From contig CAZCZL010000001.1 in assembly GCA_964503315.1 (NCBI GenBank), positions 186,514-250,513 of the forward strand: 64,000 bases of DNA, given 5' to 3'. Position numbers and translations under genes: made by a program. Below, piece after piece: positions 7,291 to 15,612 of this stretch. The notes below the pieces were generated by a model. That model was not told the DNA's origin and searched no databases. It was given only the letters and a program-made list of their open reading frames with translations. This DNA is from an uncultured Ignavibacteriales bacterium (GTDB lineage: Bacteria; Zixibacteria; MSB-5A5; GN15; FEB-12). Positions within the stretch are counted from its first letter, which is position 1. Each line of letters opens with the position of its first letter.

Positions 7291-9453
7291 CTGATTCATC
7301 TTGCGGAAGATCCATTCCGTGGAGAGCAGTCCAATAAAGGCAAACAGCAGCCAGGTCTTCCCCCAAATAGGTATCTCGGAATGTACGCGCTCGTTGACGG
7401 CTGATTGGTCGATCTCAGTCACGGCTTTCGAGAAATCACGGAAAGTGTAATACTTGCCGCCGGTCGAAGCCGCGATTGCCTGCAGTGTGGACGGGTCGCC
7501 GGACTGATCGAATTCTTCCAGTGAGAAGCTCTCGACGACAATAGACCCTTCGCTTCGTTTCAGTTCAGCGCCGTCACGACTCATGACACCGACATACTTG
7601 TATTGACCGGGTTGCAGTTGGTCAAACGCTGCTTCGTATTTCCCTTCCCCTTTGTCCAGCAGGTCGGCATCGTAAGATTTGCTGTTGTCTGCCGAGGTTA
7701 GTTTCACGGTGCCGACAGCGCCGGGGATCGGGCGGAACCCCTGGTCGAAGGCAAATCCCTGGAAACGAACAGACTCGCCCCTCGTGAAGACCTCTTTCTC
7801 AGGCAGAATGCGGACTGGATCAAAGTCATCGCGGACAGTGAGCCAACGGGTAGTCCCTTCGATAAAGCGAGCATAGCTTGAATCGTTGCCGCCAAAGCCT
7901 AGTTCCACAAAGCCCCAGGTCCAATATGGCAAGGCCGCTGAGGCGAGAAGCTTCCCGGGGCCAAACCTTTTGTAGCCGAGAATCGGCGTACGCATATCTC
8001 CCCGTCCTGATTCAGCAACATAGGCAAGGATTGACGCATGCGGATCTATCTGGTCTGTGCGAACCAGTGATTTGAAGGGGGGCAGGTCATTCCACGCTTC
8101 GCGAATTGCCGTCCTATCATCGGCGATCCGGATACTGGGATGGAACAGGTTATTCTCCGCCGGTTCGCCATGGAAGTCTGACCACTCGAGTCGACGGCGA
8201 GAGGTTTGCGAGAACGGAAGCAATTCATTGAACCATGGGACAGGACCGCGATTGGCAAACTGTTCCCCCAGTAGCACCCAAATCGCGCCGCCGCGGTCGG
8301 ATAGATAAGACCGAATCACGGATTGGTACTGAGAATACAACTGGGGATCCGGGTCATGGAGAATCACCAGATCATATCGATTCAGTTCTGTTTGTTGCGA
8401 CGGGAATTGTCCGGAAAGATTGCCGGCTTTCGGGCCGGTGGCGCGCAGGTCGACATCGTATTTGTCCGAGGAAAGTAGGTGACGGCGCAGAAAACCAACC
8501 TCATGGTCAGGTCGGGCGGACACGAGCAGTACCATCAATCGGCTCTTCAGTATCTTCACCGAAATTGTGCGTGAGTTATTGCCGTCATTGGCCTCGCCTT
8601 GCACCGCCGGAAGTGAGACTTGGAGTAATCGCTGGCCCGGTTCGGTCGGCGTATAGCGAAGAGTGATCTCCCCCTTGCCACCCTCTTGAGTCACCTGCAT
8701 GCTGTTTTCGGCCGCCACGCGATTATTGTCGAGGAGTTGGACGCGCGCGGTTTTGCCAACAGCGTTATGCCAATTGAAACGAACAGTGAACTCGCTGGAT
8801 TGCCCGACAAAAAGCACCGGATTGTAATCGATGTCTTCGAGCGCAAAGTCGAAGTCACCGACATCGACCGCAAGATTTATGGCGGTCACGGGGTGACCTA
8901 AGTTAGCTGCGGCGGTCGCCGGGGAGCGCCCGGCATTGGATTTGCCATCCGAAAAGAGGAGCCACTGATCCGCGGGCGAGGTCATCTCGACGGTGGCGAG
9001 TGAAGCAATAGCATCACCCAACGCGGTCTTTTCACGACCAACCTTGTCAGGAGACTCGTTGACTGACTCGCCAAAATAACTGACACGGATATCGTTCCTG
9101 GAGCGAAGTTGCTCGAACTGCGAGCTGGAGAGGAGTGAGTCCAGACGTGCCTGTCGGCTCTTACCGGATTCCATCCGATCCATACTGGAGGAACTGTCTA
9201 TGAGGACAGTCAACCGTTTGTTGCGTTGCCATTCGCGATCGAAACTCAGTACCGGCTCAACTAATGCGAGCAAGAGGGCAAGGATCGCCAGCGAGCGAAG
9301 CGTGGCGAGCAGCCATCGTTTCCAAGTCTCGATCATCGGGTTGGTCCGATAGTACAGAAGGACCGTCAATCCGGCCAACAGAATGCACGCGATGGCGACC
9401 AGCCAAGGAGTCTGGGTAAGAAGATCTAAAGAGAAATCTTTCAGGCCGAACAT
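7282..9453 (-). CDS. Membrane protein with a BatA-like N-terminal double-TM domain and a VWA-like module
   Basis: 723 aa. Two N-terminal TM helices are followed by RLTVLIDSSSSMD (MIDAS-like DxSxS), and there is a C-terminal TM anchor (TWLLFAFIGLLSTEWIF). Family recalled, not searched. Confidence 0.6.
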   Translation of the reverse strand: MFGLKDFSLDLLTQTPWLVAIACILLAGLTVLLYYRTNPMIETWKRWLLATLRSLAILALLLALVEPVLSFDREWQRNKRLTVLIDSSSSMDRMESGKSRQARLDSLLSSSQFEQLRSRNDIRVSYFGESVNESPDKVGREKTALGDAIASLATVEMTSPADQWLLFSDGKSNAGRSPATAAANLGHPVTAINLAVDVGDFDFALEDIDYNPVLFVGQSSEFTVRFNWHNAVGKTARVQLLDNNRVAAENSMQVTQEGGKGEITLRYTPTEPGQRLLQVSLPAVQGEANDGNNSRTISVKILKSRLMVLLVSARPDHEVGFLRRHLLSSDKYDVDLRATGPKAGNLSGQFPSQQTELNRYDLVILHDPDPQLYSQYQSVIRSYLSDRGGAIWVLLGEQFANRGPVPWFNELLPFSQTSRRRLEWSDFHGEPAENNLFHPSIRIADDRTAIREAWNDLPPFKSLVRTDQIDPHASILAYVAESGRGDMRTPILGYKRFGPGKLLASAALPYWTWGFVELGFGGNDSSYARFIEGTTRWLTVRDDFDPVRILPEKEVFTRGESVRFQGFAFDQGFRPIPGAVGTVKLTSADNSKSYDADLLDKGEGKYEAAFDQLQPGQYKYVGVMSRDGAELKRSEGSIVVESFSLEEFDQSGDPSTLQAIAASTGGKYYTFRDFSKAVTEIDQSAVNERVHSEIPIWGKTWLLFAFIGLLSTEWIFRKMNQLL

Positions 9454-9531
9454 GTCTCTCTTATACCGTGAGGAGCTGCCAGGAGTTGCCGTAATCTGAC
9501 ATAGAGATCCGTCCGGCGAGTCTGGGCAAAC

Positions 9532-10551
9532 TTAGGATGCTCTGGCGGCGGTGAACTGGACCATTTCGACCAGCGACTGATAGTAGATCGAACCGTTGAT
9601 CGGAGTTATCGACTCAAGTCCCTGTTGGCAGAGGTCGTCGGCGCGCTTCAGCGTGTACTCCAGGCCGCCATTCTCGGCGACAAAGGCGTAAACGCGTTTG
9701 AATGCGGCTTCGTCGCGGTCCGCCTTTTTCAAGTATTCGGTCATTTCACGGGCCGAACTCTCTGAGACTTGCTTCAAAGAATAAATGAGTGGGAGAGTGA
9801 CCTTGCCATTAAAGACATCATTTCCCGGTTCCTTGCCAGTCAGTTCCGGATTCCCCACAAAATCAAGCAGGTCATCGGCGATCTGAAACGCGATTCCGAC
9901 CTTCTCCCCGAACTCGGAGAACTTGAGACGTTCGGTCCAGGCACGCTGGCTGAGGATCGGTCCTGTCTCGCAAGAAACTGCAAAAAGCGACGCGGTTTTA
10001 TCCGCGATAATCTCGATGTATTCTTCTTCGGAAAGTGAGTAATTGCCGGTCTCTTCGATCTGGCGCAACTCGCCAACCGAGACGCGCTCGGTGGCGCGAG
10101 AAATGGCGTCGATAAGTTCCATTGATTTGGCGTCGCACATGATGCGAAACGCCTTGGCAAACAGATAATCACCCATCAGCACGGAAATGAGGTTGGTCCA
10201 CTTCGCGTTGACCGTCTCCTGTCCGCGACGAAGGTCGGATTCATCGACAACATCGTCATGCAATAATGTAGCGGTATGGATCAACTCGATTGCGAGGGAA
10301 GCATCAACAGAGTATTCAGTGAAATTATCCGCCGCGCGCGATGACAGGAAAACGAACGCCGGGCGTATCCGCTTGCCACGAGTCTTGAGGAGGTGACGGG
10401 CAATAGAGGTAATGAGTGGTGAATCACCTCTCAGGTGGTCGCTTAATTTCCTGTCGAAAGCTTCAAGATCCGCCTGGACGGGGCGAGTATATTCGAGCAA
10501 GCTGTTGGTGTCGAGTGTTGTAGACACGGGCGTTGGTTCCTGTTGCATCAT
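9532..10551 (-). CDS. Polyprenyl diphosphate synthase (trans-IPPS, IspB/HepT-like)
   Basis: 339 aa. First motif LLHDDVVDESDLRRG; second motif IADDLLD. Confidence 0.9.
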   Translation of the reverse strand: MMQQEPTPVSTTLDTNSLLEYTRPVQADLEAFDRKLSDHLRGDSPLITSIARHLLKTRGKRIRPAFVFLSSRAADNFTEYSVDASLAIELIHTATLLHDDVVDESDLRRGQETVNAKWTNLISVLMGDYLFAKAFRIMCDAKSMELIDAISRATERVSVGELRQIEETGNYSLSEEEYIEIIADKTASLFAVSCETGPILSQRAWTERLKFSEFGEKVGIAFQIADDLLDFVGNPELTGKEPGNDVFNGKVTLPLIYSLKQVSESSAREMTEYLKKADRDEAAFKRVYAFVAENGGLEYTLKRADDLCQQGLESITPINGSIYYQSLVEMVQFTAARAS

Positions 10552-10559
10552 GGAACGCC

Positions 10560-10588
10560 AAGATAGTTGCCCATGTTCCGGCTGTCAA
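10560..10588 (-). promoter_or_regulatory. Candidate promoter abutting the polyprenyl synthase ATG (near-leaderless)
   Basis: On the minus strand: TTGACA (10588-10583), 17 nt, TATCTT (10565-10560), 8 nt, ATG (10551). No Shine-Dalgarno sequence. Confidence 0.4.
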
Positions 10589-10613
10589 CCGGGAATCTGT
10601 CGACTCCCGGTTG
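10586..10613 (-). terminator. Hairpin downstream of the metallophosphoesterase gene (possible terminator)
   Basis: CAACCGGGA-N10-TCCCGGTTG forms a 9-bp perfect stem. There is no clear U-tract. Confidence 0.35.
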
Positions 10614-10645
10614 CGTCAACTGCTTGTCAGAATTGCGGTTAATCG

Positions 10646-12403
10646 CTACTTAGCGATCAACAGTCCAAAGGTGCTTGGATCGTACTCAACAGGTGTTTGC
10701 CAATCGGCGGACTTGGTCAGACGGGCCTGTTTGCGACGGAAATTGACGCGCCATGTATCGCCCTGCGCTATCCAGGCCCCAAAGGTTGAGAGCGGTATGG
10801 CCGCTTCGAGCGTCCAACCGTCTTCATACCTTTGAGTCCTTACGAGATACTCGCCGTTCCAACCGATATCCCCGTGCATATACCCTTCGGCATCGCGCTC
10901 AAACCGCTGGTCAAAAGCAATTCCTTCGGGGTTGAAATAGATCTGGTACGCTTCGGTCAACCCGCTTGGCGGGGCGATGAAGAAGCCGAGGCAATCTTCC
11001 AGGTTCATTGCATCATCCCGTTGATCAGCCTTGACCATCATCGAATCGGGCTTACTTTCGCGGCAGCGGGCGGCCAGATAGAGATTCTGGTCATCGTACG
11101 CGAAGTAAACCTCGGTCGGTTCGACCTGCGACTTGCCGCCAGATGGATCATAGTAGTTGGTTTCCGGATGGCGCCAGATATCCTCCGATAGGAAGCCATC
11201 GACATTCGGCGCAGATGCGGCATGCATGCACGCAGCCACGCGGGCGAGCGGGATCGATTCGCGAATGGTGACCGTGTTATCCTTCGAGTAACGGAAGGCT
11301 ACCTGCGCGCTGGGTGGTGGAAAACTGGCGCGCTTGGCCGACACTGTCACGGAAAACGTGCGTTGTTCGTGCGGCGGGACGGATACGATCTGCGTACGCG
11401 GTGAGAAATGCCAGTCGGGCGCGCCAGACCAGGTCAGCGTATCATTGACCGGATAGTTTCCCAGCGAATTGTCTATCGTATACTGCAGAATAGTGCTGGG
11501 TATCCGCTGGTCCTCGGTTACGGGGATGGGCCGGGCGAAAGTCAGCCCCCGGTTACGCAAACCTTCGTACACCTTGCGATCGGCAACGGTCATGATGTCC
11601 CACGACTGAACCGAGCCCATCTTGATCGGCGCAATGTGGACGCCCCGGTGGTCAAGCGTAGTGTAAAGGAAGTGATACCCAACAGAACCAAAGTCAACAT
11701 CCATGTCTCCGCCGGAGCTGCCCAGCGACGTGTACTTAATACCCTGGTACTCCACCGAGAAGTACTCGTGGAAATGTCCCGAAAAGACAGCATCGACACC
11801 GTACTGCTTGAACAGCGCGTGCAGAGTGTCAATCTGGTTGTGCACGATCGTCTCGTACCAGAAAGGCTTGTGCATAAAGACAAGCGTGTACACTGAGTTC
11901 TTGTAGGTCTTAAGATCTTTCTCGAGCCAGGCAAGTTGCTCTTGAGGCATCTCGTTCGGGGCATCATAGCGCGCGTTGTCGAGCACGATAATATGGACAC
12001 GATCGAAATTGAATGAATAGTAGGTTCGGCCGACGTTTTCTTTGTAGGCTTTTTCACCCAAATGGCTGAAGAGTTCGTGATTCCCCGGCGTGAAGTGAAT
12101 CGGCGCAGTGAGCGGTGAAATGATAAAGCGATACTCATCCCACTGTTCGGCAAGTTGCGCGGAATCCTCGACATAGCCTTCGATCATGTCACCGACGGTC
12201 ATGATGAAGTCGGGACGAAGGCGGGCGACTTCTTCGACGATCTGCTCATAAACACCGGGTTGATGTCCGCCGGTTCGGTCGCCGATTATCGCGATGCGAA
12301 CGGGGGTCATGTCATCTGTGGCACTAGCGAGGGTTGGTGCGACGAGGCAGGCGAGTGATATAACCAGGAGACCAACCAGTCGCCAAATAGTTCGGCGTGT
12401 CAT
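10646..12403 (-). CDS. Secreted calcineurin-like metallophosphoesterase with a C-terminal CBM9/DOMON-like module
   Basis: 585 aa with a signal peptide. GDRTGG...MTVGDMIEG...GNHE phosphoesterase motifs. The C-terminal VDGFLSEDIW...VYFAYDDQNLYLAARC resembles family-9 carbohydrate-binding modules. Strong AAGGAGGAG Shine-Dalgarno sequence. Confidence 0.75.
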   Translation of the reverse strand: MTRRTIWRLVGLLVISLACLVAPTLASATDDMTPVRIAIIGDRTGGHQPGVYEQIVEEVARLRPDFIMTVGDMIEGYVEDSAQLAEQWDEYRFIISPLTAPIHFTPGNHELFSHLGEKAYKENVGRTYYSFNFDRVHIIVLDNARYDAPNEMPQEQLAWLEKDLKTYKNSVYTLVFMHKPFWYETIVHNQIDTLHALFKQYGVDAVFSGHFHEYFSVEYQGIKYTSLGSSGGDMDVDFGSVGYHFLYTTLDHRGVHIAPIKMGSVQSWDIMTVADRKVYEGLRNRGLTFARPIPVTEDQRIPSTILQYTIDNSLGNYPVNDTLTWSGAPDWHFSPRTQIVSVPPHEQRTFSVTVSAKRASFPPPSAQVAFRYSKDNTVTIRESIPLARVAACMHAASAPNVDGFLSEDIWRHPETNYYDPSGGKSQVEPTEVYFAYDDQNLYLAARCRESKPDSMMVKADQRDDAMNLEDCLGFFIAPPSGLTEAYQIYFNPEGIAFDQRFERDAEGYMHGDIGWNGEYLVRTQRYEDGWTLEAAIPLSTFGAWIAQGDTWRVNFRRKQARLTKSADWQTPVEYDPSTFGLLIAK

Positions 12404-12553
12404 AGGCTCCTCCTTAGTCAGAGCGAGGCGTTATGGTCCTCTGTATCCATGATAGCCGATTTTAATCGGGATGCAAGCATAATCGGCAATTCTGCCCCTG
12501 ATTCACACGCGATTGCCTGACTTGTGAGCAGTCCCGGAGAGGTCGGCGACCGG

Positions 12554-12581
12554 TTGACAGACCGACCGAAACGTTTAGATT
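12554..12581 (+). promoter_or_regulatory. Sigma70-type promoter directly abutting ATG 12588 (leaderless-mRNA candidate)
   Basis: TTGACA (12554-12559), 16 nt, TAGATT (12576-12581), 6 nt, ATG. No Shine-Dalgarno sequence. Confidence 0.45.
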
Positions 12582-12587
12582 GGCAGA

Positions 12588-13427
12588 ATGACAGACAATA
12601 AGCCATCGGTGAGGACATCCGGCGAAGGGCCGGTGATCCTCTGTTTGCACAGCAGTACCAGTTCCTCAAAGCAGTGGACCACGCTGACGGAACTTCTTTC
12701 CCATTCGTATCAGGTGATCTCCCCCGATTTGTACGGCTATGGCGACAGCCCGGATTGGAATATCGACCAGACACTTAGCCTCGGGGATGAACTGGCACTG
12801 CTGAAGCCGGTGCTGGATGATATCTGCGGACCTTTTCACCTGATCGGTCACTCGTATGGCGCGGCGGTAGCGTTGACCCTGGCTCATGAGTTCCCGAAAC
12901 GGGTGCGCAGCCTCACGTTATACGAACCGGTGCTGTTCAGCCTGCTGTTTGCGGAGGATAGCCGCTCAGCCGGGACGGTGGAAGTAGGCGCAGTGCGAGA
13001 GGATGTCGCTAACCTCGTACAACGGGGATTGCTGCATCAGGCCGGAAAGCGGTTTGTCGACTATTGGTCCGGAAATGGCGCGTGGGACAGCTTTACCGAT
13101 CGGCAACGGGATTCGGTCGCCAAGAGGATGCCGAAGGTGGTGGCCGATTTTGATGCGGTAATAGGTCACACGACGCCGCTGGAAGCCTATCGCGACTTGG
13201 ATATACCGACTTTGCTGCTCTACGGTCTGGAATCTCCCGAATCAACACGCGAAATTGTCGATCATCTGTCCAGGACACTCCCAAAATCGGAAACACGGGG
13301 GTTCCTCGGGCTGGGGCATATGGGTCCGATCACCCACGCCAGCCAGATCGCGCAGTTGATAAGCAAATTCCTGGCGACACAGCCGCATGGGATACTGGTA
13401 CATCAACTGCGGCGGTCGCGGCAATAG
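12588..13427 (+). CDS. Alpha/beta-fold hydrolase
   Basis: 279 aa. Nucleophile elbow GHSYGA, HSSTSS oxyanion region, and a C-terminal GHMGP His motif. Confidence 0.85.
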   Translation: MTDNKPSVRTSGEGPVILCLHSSTSSSKQWTTLTELLSHSYQVISPDLYGYGDSPDWNIDQTLSLGDELALLKPVLDDICGPFHLIGHSYGAAVALTLAHEFPKRVRSLTLYEPVLFSLLFAEDSRSAGTVEVGAVREDVANLVQRGLLHQAGKRFVDYWSGNGAWDSFTDRQRDSVAKRMPKVVADFDAVIGHTTPLEAYRDLDIPTLLLYGLESPESTREIVDHLSRTLPKSETRGFLGLGHMGPITHASQIAQLISKFLATQPHGILVHQLRRSRQ

Positions 13428-13453
13428 GTGCCCTCATTACACCGCCTCAATCA

Positions 13454-13482
13454 TTGACACAATAATCCATTTGAGCTATATT
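13454..13482 (+). promoter_or_regulatory. Sigma70-type promoter for the 13560 gene
   Basis: TTGACA, 17 nt, TATATT. A ~70-nt leader ends in a GGAAGGAG Shine-Dalgarno sequence before ATG 13560. Confidence 0.55.
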
Positions 13483-13559
13483 ACCTTCAAGTCATTCCAC
13501 GACCAATACCATTAGGTTCATCCATTGTCGGTCAACTGCTCCAAGCGGGAAGGAGTCAG

Positions 13560-14393
13560 ATGAAGAAGTTTCTTATCACCCTAGCATTGTTCTGCTGTTA
13601 TACGGCCACCAGTGAGGCCGCGGGGAGCGGGACGATCAAGATCGATCAGGTTCGTCGCAATGCACAGACTTGGGATCCATGCGGCTTTTACGTGGACGGA
13701 AATGTTCGCTTCGTGATACGGTATACTAATGACACGGGCGAACGGGTCAACATCTTAAATGACTTCGTCATTAAAACTGACGGTACACCTTACTCACACA
13801 TAACAATCGATACAACCACGAACTTGAGTTGGCAATCGGCGTTTGTCGCCTACTTCAATCTCGGATTCGGCTTGAGTGAATATCCACCCTTATCTGTCTT
13901 GACGGTTGAAGGGGCCGGTGGTACTGGAAAAGGATTACCTATTGGCTACAATGATACGGTGCTAGCTATCACTGTGTGGGATGTCCCCTCAGTTGCCCAT
14001 CTGCACCACATTTGTATAGATACGGCGACATCAGTTCCGGGATTCACGCGGTGGATGTGGACCTCTCCGGGAGGCGCCGAGTTCGCACCTGAGTTTGTGG
14101 GGCTGGATGCAAACCAACCATACACTCCAGGTTACGGATACTGCTTTGTCGGACAGTGGTGTTGTCCGAGATGTTGTCAGGGAACAACCGGAAATATCAA
14201 CCTTCAGGGAGAGATCGACCTCTCCGACCTCTCGGTACTCATAGCCTATCTGACGCAGACGCCTCGTCCGATACTCGCATGTCCAGAGGAAGCGAATATT
14301 GACGACCGTGGGACGATAGACCTATCCGACCTGTCTCGCCTGATTTCGTATCTCACGACAAATCCACGTCCATGGCTGCCGGCATGTCCGTAG
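13560..14393 (+). CDS. Secreted protein with a Cys-rich linker and two dockerin-like C-terminal repeats
   Basis: 277 aa. Signal peptide MKKFLITLALFCCYTATSEA. CFVGQWCCPRCCQG is followed by two repeats, GNINLQGEIDLSDLSVLIAYLTQTPRP and ANIDDRGTIDLSDLSRLISYLTTNPRP. Confidence 0.7.
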   Translation: MKKFLITLALFCCYTATSEAAGSGTIKIDQVRRNAQTWDPCGFYVDGNVRFVIRYTNDTGERVNILNDFVIKTDGTPYSHITIDTTTNLSWQSAFVAYFNLGFGLSEYPPLSVLTVEGAGGTGKGLPIGYNDTVLAITVWDVPSVAHLHHICIDTATSVPGFTRWMWTSPGGAEFAPEFVGLDANQPYTPGYGYCFVGQWCCPRCCQGTTGNINLQGEIDLSDLSVLIAYLTQTPRPILACPEEANIDDRGTIDLSDLSRLISYLTTNPRPWLPACP

Positions 14394-14421
14394 ATCGAAG
14401 GTTCAGCAGGAGAGATACACG

Positions 14422-14751
14422 TTGAAAATCGAACAGGTACCCTTTGAGGTAATGAATTGGGAGAATGTGGCGCGTACGGAACACCCGGGTGAAACTGGGG
14501 TCGCGTACTGGCGGACGAAAGAAGTCGGGAATATCCGTGTTCGTATGGTAGAGTATTCGCCGGGGTATCTGGCGGATCATTGGTGTGCGCGGGGGCACGT
14601 GTTGCTGGTGCTGGAGGGAGAACTGACGACTGAACTTCAGGATGGACGAAAGTTCGTGCTACATGCGGGTGACAGCTACCAAGTTGAAAATGAAAGCGTG
14701 CCGCATCGGTCGGTGACAGAGTCTGGCGCGAAATTGTTCATTGTTGACTGA
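14422..14751 (+). CDS. Small cupin-fold protein (DHCW-motif cupin type)
   Basis: 109 aa. TTG start with an AGGAGAG Shine-Dalgarno sequence 8 nt upstream. YLADHWCARGHVLLVLEGEL matches my recollection of the DHCW cupin family. Confidence 0.65.
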   Translation: MKIEQVPFEVMNWENVARTEHPGETGVAYWRTKEVGNIRVRMVEYSPGYLADHWCARGHVLLVLEGELTTELQDGRKFVLHAGDSYQVENESVPHRSVTESGAKLFIVD

Positions 14752-14910
14752 CTATTGACGACACGGGATTCTTTGACCGTGTGACATATCATCTTGGCGA
14801 CCAATTCAATCCTCTAACCCATGTCCAATTATAATCAAGTCAATACGTTGGAAGGCCGCAAAGGCACTCGGGGCACCATTGCCCCCGCGACGAGTTGTTC
14901 ATGAAGTCTT

Positions 14911-14926
14911 TTTGACTTAGGTCAAA
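14911..14926. promoter_or_regulatory. CRP/FNR-type palindrome TTGAC-N4-GTCAA
   Basis: tTTGACttagGTCAAa fits TTGA-N6-TCAA. It lies ~140 nt upstream of the CopD-like gene in a 312-bp intergenic region. Confidence 0.3.
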
Positions 14927-15063
14927 GACAAATGCCTTGTGTACTCTTCTTTTTGCCAATTCGATCGGTCGCCCAACCATTGCACTTTCTCCTCGCATTG
15001 GCCGGTCAGTTTATTCAAAACAACAACGTATCGTAGAAACAACAGCCATCGGAGGTATCTCAC

Positions 15064-15537
15064 ATGGTCTCTGAAGTGATTATCGATTTCCTGCATCTGG
15101 CAGCCACCGTGGTCTGGATCGGCGGGATGGTCTTTATCGGCGCGGTGATGACCCCGGCTATTAGCGTGCTGGATGGTCCCAATCAGGGGAAAGTGTTCGG
15201 GGTCTTCGCCAAACGGTTTACGATCGTGGCCTGGAGTTGCACGATCTTACTCCTCATCACCGGTCTGCTCAAAACACCGACCGAGCTTCTGCTCAGTTTC
15301 TCCGGACGGTATGATATTTTATTGGCCGTAAAACATCTGCTTTTTCTCGGCATGATTGTCGGCGGATTGATCATCACTTTCGTATTGGCGCCGAGGATGC
15401 GCCGGCTTGCCCCGAAACCGGGTGAACCACCGGCGAAGGAGTTTGTGGCACTCCAGGGGAGGATTGAGATGACATCAAAGATGAATCTAGTGCTGGGCGT
15501 GTTGGTGCTTTTGTCACTGGTGATGATGCGCCACTGA
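15064..15537 (+). CDS. CopD-family-like integral membrane protein
   Basis: 157 aa, four predicted TM helices, HLAATVVWIGGMVF motif. GGAGG Shine-Dalgarno sequence. Confidence 0.5.
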   Translation: MVSEVIIDFLHLAATVVWIGGMVFIGAVMTPAISVLDGPNQGKVFGVFAKRFTIVAWSCTILLLITGLLKTPTELLLSFSGRYDILLAVKHLLFLGMIVGGLIITFVLAPRMRRLAPKPGEPPAKEFVALQGRIEMTSKMNLVLGVLVLLSLVMMRH

Positions 15538-15556
15538 TCCCCAGACCAAACGATCA

Positions 15557-15584
15557 CGGCCACTTGAACTGCGTCAAGTGGCCG
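15557..15584. terminator. Hairpin between convergent genes (possible bidirectional terminator)
   Basis: CGGCCACTTGA-actgcg-TCAAGTGGCCG forms an 11-bp perfect stem. There is no strong U-tract. Confidence 0.45.
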
Positions 15585-15612
15585 CAATATGAATAGCATT
15601 AGGTAATGACTA

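Noticed and set aside
12456-12469. 14-bp palindrome CCGATTttAATCGG in the divergent region between the phosphoesterase and hydrolase genes
   Set aside because: It is short enough to arise by chance. There is only a partial second half-site (AATCGG at 12481) and no regulator gene nearby to link it to.
14821-14904. 27-codon ORF (MSNYNQVNTLEGRKGTRGTIAPATSCS) in the long intergenic region before the CopD-like gene
   Set aside because: It has no Shine-Dalgarno sequence or promoter context and no recognisable peptide family, and it is too short to support from sequence alone.
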